Below, piece after piece: positions 23,683 to 30,600 of a stretch of DNA of 30,600 nt. Below the pieces are notes generated by a model. It ran no database searches and was not told the DNA's origin. It was given only the letters and a program-made list of their open reading frames with translations. The position numbers and the translations under genes were made by a program. How positions within the stretch are numbered: position 1 is the stretch's first letter; every line of letters begins with the position of its first letter. Origin of the DNA: Octopus sinensis (taxonomy: Eukaryota); assembly GCF_006345805.1 (NCBI RefSeq), contig NW_021832616.1, positions 1-30,600 on the forward strand. The letters are read 5' to 3'.

Positions 23683-26600
23683 TTACAGATTTATGCTTAA
23701 AATAGTGTCGTCTTTCATACTGACCATTTTTGCCACTTTTACCCACTTTTTATTAAAACATTCGTTCGACAAAGCCTTCCTCTCTATTCTCATCCTCCTT
23801 TTCAAGTGGTACTTGAAAAAGTTGACGAGAGACTGACCAGAGAGGAAGGTATTTGTTTGCAGTCCTTTCAAACGCGTCCACCACACACATTCTTTCGCCA
23901 TAGCCATCAGCGTAACGAAAACCGTTTTCCCTTCCCGTTTAAAGGAAGGTGGTGGAACAATATTCAGAATAGACTCGGCCGATAGGCGAGCCCGACCTAC
24001 ACGTGACAACAGCTGTTCGACGAAGGACCACAGCTCTGAAATATCTGGACACTGCACGAGTGCGTGCAGAACGGTTTCGTCGCTCTGACCGCATCTCGGG
24101 CAGGTCGGTCCGGTGATGGTTTTCGAACCGTGTCTGTAGCTCTTCTCTCGAACAGGTAGTGCGTCTCGATAGCACTGCCAAGCCAGGGATTTCTGGAAGT
24201 TATCCATAGGCCCCGGCCCGAACGTCGTCCTGAACAGGCGGGTTAGGAATTCCTCGTCGACGCCCAGGTTTGCCCTGAGTGTGTCGTCGGTCCTCCCCTC
24301 CACTAGTCCTCTATAGAACGCTTTAGTCGTTTGTAAGTTGCACAAGTTTGACCCCGGTCGGCAGAGCTGCTGTAGAGCTTAGCGACACTCTCGGTGCCAA
24401 TCGCCCAGTTTCGGTCTCTTTTTGATCCACGTTTGCAGTTCGGTCAGTGAGACGAGCTGCGGGAAGTCACGCCTCACAAACGGCGCCCACACCTGTTCAC
24501 CGTCGTCGATGAATTTCCAGAGATGTCGCAATCTCAGCGCATGCCTGCGCATCATCAACCACGGCATGCCCAGTCCTCCATTCAACGGATGTTGACAGCA
24601 AATGGACTTCCTCACCATCGGAACGCCACCCTTCTACAGGAAGCGGAAGAGTATGCGTTCCAGTTTGGTGATGGTGGCGTCGGGACAAGGTACGACGGTC
24701 AGGCGGTAATCGATGACGGATGCGATGTACGCGTTCGCCACCTCCGACCGGCCTTTTAGAGACAGCTTTCTCTCGGCCCATGTTTGGCTGAGAGCGACCA
24801 CTCTACTCGTGATCTCGTCCCAGTTCTTATCCATTTGGAGGTCCGGACTGAAACAGACCCCGAGCAATTTAACCGGTCCGTCCGTCCAGCGTCCCACTAC
24901 TGAGCCGCAGTCGGACGGCATGGGCTTGCTTCTCCAGGTGCCGAGTAGCAAACCCACTGACTTTTCCGGGTTAATCTTTCCTCCCGTCACCGTTTCGTAT
25001 TTTCTTAGTGTCTCGCCTATCATCTTGATATGTTTGTCGCTCGACACTATGACGGTGACATCGTCCGCATATGCCGACACGCTCGTCCCGCAACCCAGTT
25101 CCCGTGGGATGCCCCTCAGTGTCGCCAGCTTCCGCAGTAGCGGCTCGAGAGTCAATACATACAGAAGCGCCGACAGGGGACACCCCTGACGGACCGAACG
25201 CGTGATGTCAAACGGTTTCGACAGGTGACCGTTCACCCGAATCACCGATCGGATGCCGCTATACAAGGCAGCGATCCAACCGCGGAAGACGGGACCGAAG
25301 CCAGCCGCCCTGAGGACGGCCGCCAAGTACCGATGGTCGACCCTATCGAAGGCTTTAGACTGATCCAAATTTATATCAGCGCCCCACCCATCCTTAACTA
25401 CCCTGTCCACAATGTAGCGCATCAGATGGAGGTTGTCATGTATGGTTCTGTCCGGCACGGCGCATGTTTGCGCCCTGTCGACCAGTTTACCAATGACAAG
25501 CGCCAACCTCTCGGCTATTACTTTGGCCAAAATTTTCAAATCTGCGTTGAGCAGAGTGATGGGCCTGAAATTATCTATAAAATTCCTCTTGTTTGGGTCT
25601 TTCTTCAGCAACGTCACTGCACCTCGGCTCACGAAACTGGGGATTCTCCCGTTTTGTTGCCAGTTGCAGTAGACTGATGCCAAGAGGTCGCCAAACAAGT
25701 CTGGCATTCGACAATACAGCTCGTAGGGTAAACCATCCAATCCAGGCGACTTATTCCTCGCGCAGCCCGCCATCGCATCCCACACGTCAGCGGCTGTGAT
25801 GGGACTTTCACAACACTCCGCTTCTCTTGCCGAGAGCCGCGGCAGGTCGGTCAGGTAGGCACTGAAATCCATCCCGCGTTCCGACCCACCACTCGCACCA
25901 AACAGTCGAGCAAAGTGCTGTTGAAAGGCCTCACACATCCTTTCGGGTTCGAGTAAACTGCATCCCTGTTGATCTATTAGAGACCGAATGGTGGCTCTGT
26001 TGCCACGCTGCGCCTCCGCTACCCGGCCCTCTCGCGCAGCTTCGATCCCTTCCTTCCTTAAGGCACGCATTTTAGCTCTGACGACGCAACCTTCGTGCTT
26101 GGCGTTGAGGTGTTGGTCGAGGGCCATCCTCGCAGCCAGCACGTTGGTTGCGCTGCCAGTGGTAAGTGCCTCTACTAGTTTCTTAACCAAGTCTCCCTCT
26201 ACTCTATTTCGTTCTATCGCTAATTCCTTGCTAAACCTAACTGATTCCGATTTTATTGCCATTTTCAGGGCGTACCACCAGCGGTTGTTAACGACCGCTC
26301 CCGTCAGCGCCCTCTTAATTAACTCGCTAATCCGGTTCCTGTAAGCCTGTCGCGCTAACATCGACGTGTTCAGTTTCCAGTAACCGGGACCCTGCCTATG
26401 TGTTTTATCTAAGTCGAGCGTACACGTAACAAATTTGTGATCTGTGTAGCTGACTATTTTAAATTGTGGACATCCTACACTATCCCTATCCGCTGTCCTG
26501 CATAGAATTCTATCTAGATAAGATCTCGACGATCCGACGCGGTTTGTCCAAGTCCACGTTGGCACGTTCGGATGGTCGAGTCGGAACCTGTCAGACAAAT

Positions 26601-27123
26601 GGAAACGTCTGAGCAGGTCTTTGAGGCTCTTACACCCCCTTCTATTCCTATCCCTTCCCACATAATCTAGATGCGTGTCCAAGGTAGCGTTCCAATCCCC
26701 TACTAACAGTAAAGGTCTAGACGTACCCAGGAAAACCTCTAGACGTCTGAAGAAATCCGCCCGACCCGTTAAGGACGGTGCATAAACTGCCATCAGACGG
26801 AATGCAACCCATTTCTGCCATCCACGTCCAAGACACCAGCCTACCCTCCGGTCTAGGAATATTGCTCTTACTTTTACCTTTAGACTCTTTCGAAAAAGCA
26901 CCGCTGTACCTCCACCACCCATGTTCGGCAGATAGGGAGAAAAATAAATGTCAAATTGATTGCCAAACATGGACTCGAGGGCCCGCGGCTTACTGAGTCT
27001 GGTTTCACTGATAGCTACTATATCCACGTCCAGTGACTTGATGTCGTTTAGAAGGTAACCTTGCTTCCAAGCCGACGCCAAGCCACGCGCATTCACACAA
27101 CCTAATTTAAGCATACTTGACAT
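23683..27123 (-). pseudogene. Copy A ORF2: APE endonuclease, reverse transcriptase and zinc finger; 829-aa open segment 24634-27123
   Basis: VNARGL, ISET, VGDWN, SYLDR, YTDH, GLDGLPYE, LDQSKAFDRV, VRQGCPLS, AYADD and CPRC..ETVLHALVQC. In-frame stops at 24634-24636 (W to TAG) and 24379-24381. Confidence 0.95.
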
Positions 27124-27180
27124 TTACGAAAATTGTGTTTTACACACTACATTAGAAGAGACAAGAAGCAAGAAGGGAGG

Positions 27181-29041
27181 TCACTTACTCATTTTAAAAG
27201 TTTCATTTTTTTTCCTCTTCTTTAGTATTGTTTTTGATGAGGCGTTTGTATAGTTTTTTCGACAGGTATCGTTGATACCGCCTACCGCATTCGGAAATAT
27301 TGTTTTCAGTATGTGGTGTTGTGCTTGTGTTATGTGTAAAATTCTGATGTGTTTCGGTGGTGGTGGGTGTGCGGATGATTGTTTTGTCTTAAAGTCATCT
27401 TCACAGATGACCATGTTGGATTGATGTAGTCCATTAAGTCTTTATTGTCTGTGTCTATTGCAGTTAGTTGTGTGTGTGGTTTTACGGGTTCATTACTTTT
27501 TTGATTGTCTAGGGGATGTTGTCCTGTGTTAGATATCTCCCTGCTTTACTTCCTTGTTTTGTGGATTTTTTGGATCTTTTTCTTTTACCCCCTGTGGCTA
27601 TTTGCCATTCCGTCGAACTTTCGTCGTCCGGGTAGTAGGGGTAGAGGCAAAGCATTTGCATTACTATGTATGCTTGTATAAATTGTTGATGTTTTGTGCG
27701 GTGTTTGTGTTGTTGTGGTGTTAGGGGTAGCATTTGTCTTCTCGTCACTGTTTTCTGTCTTTTTAATTGTCGTCCTGGGTGTGGGTATTGGTCTATTTTT
27801 TGTTGATTCAACATGTTTAATTGGTTGTGAAGTCAACGGTGATTGTGTTGGTACTGTTTCTTTTCTTGGTGATGTGTGTTGGGGTTTGTTTGCTGGTTTG
27901 GTTTTTTTCTTGGCATTGTTCTATAATTGAGTGTGTTGGTGTTGGTGTTGGCAACAAAGGATTTTTTATTTGTTTTCGATTTGTTCTTTCTTGTTTTTTC
28001 TGTACCAGATCGCACTTGGCAATTAAATGTTCGGGGCTGCCACATTTGTAGCATCTAGGCTTTTTGCCTTCTGCCACAACATATAAGCATTGCCCATTTT
28101 CCAAGTGGATCTTATCCGGTAGGCTCTCGATAGAGGCCCCCTCAATCTGTATGGTCACCACTATTGTCTTCCCACCCCAAATGTCGCCAGGGTACACGGC
28201 GGTCGCCAAAATGTTGATATTTTTAAAATGGTAACAGATTGCCCCTGTTATCCATTTGTTAGGAAGCTCGGGAGGTACATTTTTAATAGTGATTCGACTC
28301 ACTCTCTGGTTTTTATAGTATGGGACCATGATGATTTCATCATTTCCCAGAGACTCAGTAGAGTGAGCTTTTGCCACTTCCTGGTTAGGGAAGCGGACCA
28401 CTACTGTGTTAAACTGGGGACCCCAGTTTATATATTCTTTTTCTTTCATTATGTTTTTTAAGCATTTTTCTACATCAGTTTTTGTAATCTGTTCATTTAG
28501 TTTTTGTTTTTTTTCTAATTTTTATATTAATTGTCTTATTTTCTATTTCTTGCTTTTTGTGTTGAGGTGTATGCAGCACTAAATCTTGTCCACGGGTTGT
28601 AAAGAGAGCTCTTGTTTCTATGAGCTCTTCATTTGTAACTGTTACAATCTCCTTCTTCTGGCGAAGAGTGTCAGCGAAATTTACTGTTGTTGATTTTTTT
28701 GTATTAACATCTTCACTATTTTTATTGTTGTTCTTGTTGTTGCTGTTGTTTTTGTCAATAGTTTTCGTATGAGTTTTATATTTATCATTTATGTTAGTCG
28801 TGGTAGTGGTGGTGGAGGTGATGGTGGTAGCAGTATTAGTCTCGTGGTTGCTGTTGTTAGTGGTGGTGGTGGCGGTGGTGACAGGGCTGTTACCGCACGT
28901 TGTTGCAGCGTTCATTTCACCGATATTCATGTTTGCACTTGGCGTGCGTACGTTCTTTTTTTCTCCTAGTGCTTCCAAACTAGGAAAATGCTGGTCAATA
29001 AAAGAACGCGACCAGCGTTCTACAATAAAATTTCTCGACAT
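27181..29041 (-). pseudogene. Copy A ORF1: gag-like protein with CCHC zinc knuckle (frameshifted)
   Basis: Starts MSRNFIVERWSRSF; RITIKNVPPE; CYKCGSPEHLIAKC fits C-X2-C-X4-H-X4-C; EWQIATGG plus a basic patch shared with B. Confidence 0.85.
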
Positions 29042-29239
29042 TTTCTAATGTCGAGAAGAAAATTACAGAAATGAAATGGGGTTGAAACTGCCCCTAGGGG
29101 CGAATTCCTCCCTTGGAAAAGCACTCAAACGAAAGTTGGGTGCCTTACACAACTTATTTACAAAAATGTACACAAAAATTGGGCTATAAATAGTCAAAAT
29201 AAACGATTACCTTCGGAGCCGAGGTGACAAACGTATTCG

Positions 29240-29241
<2 letters not shown>

Positions 29242-29294
<53 letters not shown>

Positions 29295-29307
29295 GTAGGT
29301 AGGTAGG

Positions 29308-29354
<47 letters not shown>

Positions 29355-29434
29355 GAGGGGTAGGTAGGTAGGTAGGTAGGTAGGTAGGTATGTAGGTAGG
29401 TAGGTAGGTAGGTAGGTAGGTAGGTAGATAGATA
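29242..29434. repeat. (GATA)n/(GGTA)n tract 5' of copy A
   Basis: Direct tetranucleotide repeat. Confidence 0.95.
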
Positions 29435-29676
29435 ACGCAGAAAATCTCTTCTAAAAAGCGACTCTCCAAATATATCGGGAATTGAAAGGATTTGATAATG
29501 ACAAATATATAATCGACTGACCATTTAAAAACTATGCCTCCTTATACAGCAACGATCTCTGAACCTGTGATTTCCGTGTCTCAAAGAAGTGCAACGTTCT
29601 ATTGCAGCCTTTTGTGATTTCGGACTAAAGATCGTCATTTGTGGACCTCAGAGACATATCGCTATTTATTAAGGAA

Positions 29677-30171
29677 CTAGCAGTATCGCCCGGCGTTGCT
29701 CGGGTTTGTAAGGGAAATAACTATATAAGCATTTTTAGAAAGTTATAGCCCAAAATAGCAAAAAAATGCATTAAAAATGGAAAAAAAATTATGGTAAATT
29801 TTTTTTTAAATCGTTGCCTCATCGTAGACATTTTTAGAGAGTTACTTCCCTTATATAATAGCGAAAAAATGCATTAAAATGGAAAAAATGATGGTAAATT
29901 TTTTTTTAATCGTTGACTCATCGTAGACATTTTTAGAGAGTTACTTCCCTTATTTAATAGCGAAAAAATGCATTAAAATGGAAAAAAATGATGGTAAATT
30001 TTTTTTAAATCGTAGAGTCATCGTAGACGCGCGCTAATACCCAGAAGGGGTCGATATGAATCACGACTATAAGATACCCGGTTTTGGTTAAACTGCACCG
30101 CAAAATGTGGGAGTAGTTAGGAATCTAAATCGTAGGAGACAGACACACAACCTTACTTTTATATATAAAGA
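29677..30171 (-). mobile_element. Non-autonomous Helitron with an internal ~100-bp tandem repeat
   Basis: On minus: A|TCTTTATATATAAAAG start, CCCGAGCAACGCCGGG hairpin and CTAG|T end. About 2.7 copies of a ~100-bp unit at 29755-30028. Confidence 0.85.
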
Positions 30172-30359
30172 TTTATCAGCTGCATAACACAGTTTCTTGA
30201 CTACCTAACGAATTTGTAATATATTAAATAACGGTCGTATAACTGAAAAATACATTCATATTTTCAACAACACTAAAATTCTAATAGTATCTGATATTCT
30301 TGTTTACGTGTATTTTATACGCATGATATTGATGGTTTAGAACATGTTTTCACATAATA

Positions 30360-30600
30360 TGGAAGCACTCCGTCGGTTACGACGACGAGGGTTCCGGTTG
30401 ATCCGAATCAACGGAACAGCCTGTTCGTGAAATTAACGTGTAAGTGGCTGAGCACTCCACAGACACGTGTACCCTTAACGTAGTTCTCGGGGATATTCAG
30501 CGTGACACAGAGAGTGACAAGGCCGGCCCTTTGAAATACAGGTACAACAGAAACAGGAAGTAAGAGTGAGAGAAAGTTGTGATGAAAGAGTACAGCAGGG
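30360..30600 (-). mobile_element. SINE S2 copy (runs off the window)
   Basis: Near-identical reverse complement of about 6454-6694. Confidence 0.9.

Larger units (their letters stand above)
23398..29241 (-). mobile_element. Tx1-like non-LTR retrotransposon, full-length copy A (~5.8 kb)
   Basis: Same organisation as B; 3' end TAGCCCTGTGTGGCTACAATAAAAAGTT; flanked by GATA repeats. Confidence 0.95.

Noticed and set aside
15559-29048. Plus-strand ORFs overlapping the retrotransposons
   Set aside because: Antisense shadows of ORF1/ORF2 with no recognisable motifs.
29100-29241. HDV-like or hammerhead ribozyme at the element 5' end
   Set aside because: Hairpins are present, but I could not identify the nested pseudoknot or catalytic core by eye.
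15298-29434. Target-site duplications for the Tx1 copies
   Set aside because: Cannot be delimited inside an unstable microsatellite; GGTA variant patterns on the two sides of each copy do not match.
29755-30028. Regularly spaced repeats resembling a CRISPR array
   Set aside because: Contiguous tandem units without unique spacers, inside a Helitron, in eukaryotic DNA.

Overview
Repeat-dominated, apparently gene-poor eukaryotic DNA. The SINE families and microsatellite load look like an octopus (coleoid cephalopod) genome; this is recognition, not a database result. Positions 1-14700 are a mosaic of tRNA-derived SINEs (at least five types), decayed Tc1/mariner elements, a MITE, a non-autonomous Helitron, a tRNA-Gln pseudogene and long microsatellites. 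Nearly all short ORFs in the track are microsatellite or antisense artefacts. The main feature is 14758-29241: four head-to-tail, minus-strand non-LTR retrotransposons of the L1/Tx1 group. Two are full-length (about 5.8 and 6.2 kb, with CCHC ORF1 and APE-RT-zinc-finger ORF2) and two are 5'-truncated; they belong to three distinct subfamilies. Every one of their ends abuts (GATA)n/(TATC)n, which points to a family that specifically targets GATA microsatellites. The copies share several cis-elements: a near-identical 5' UTR, a hairpin over the ORF1 start codon, a 19-nt inter-ORF motif, a covarying 3' UTR stem-loop and a terminal hairpin plus AATAAA with no poly(A). One local SINE family carries a 3' tail matching the 3' end of these Tx1-like elements, suggesting a SINE-LINE partnership.
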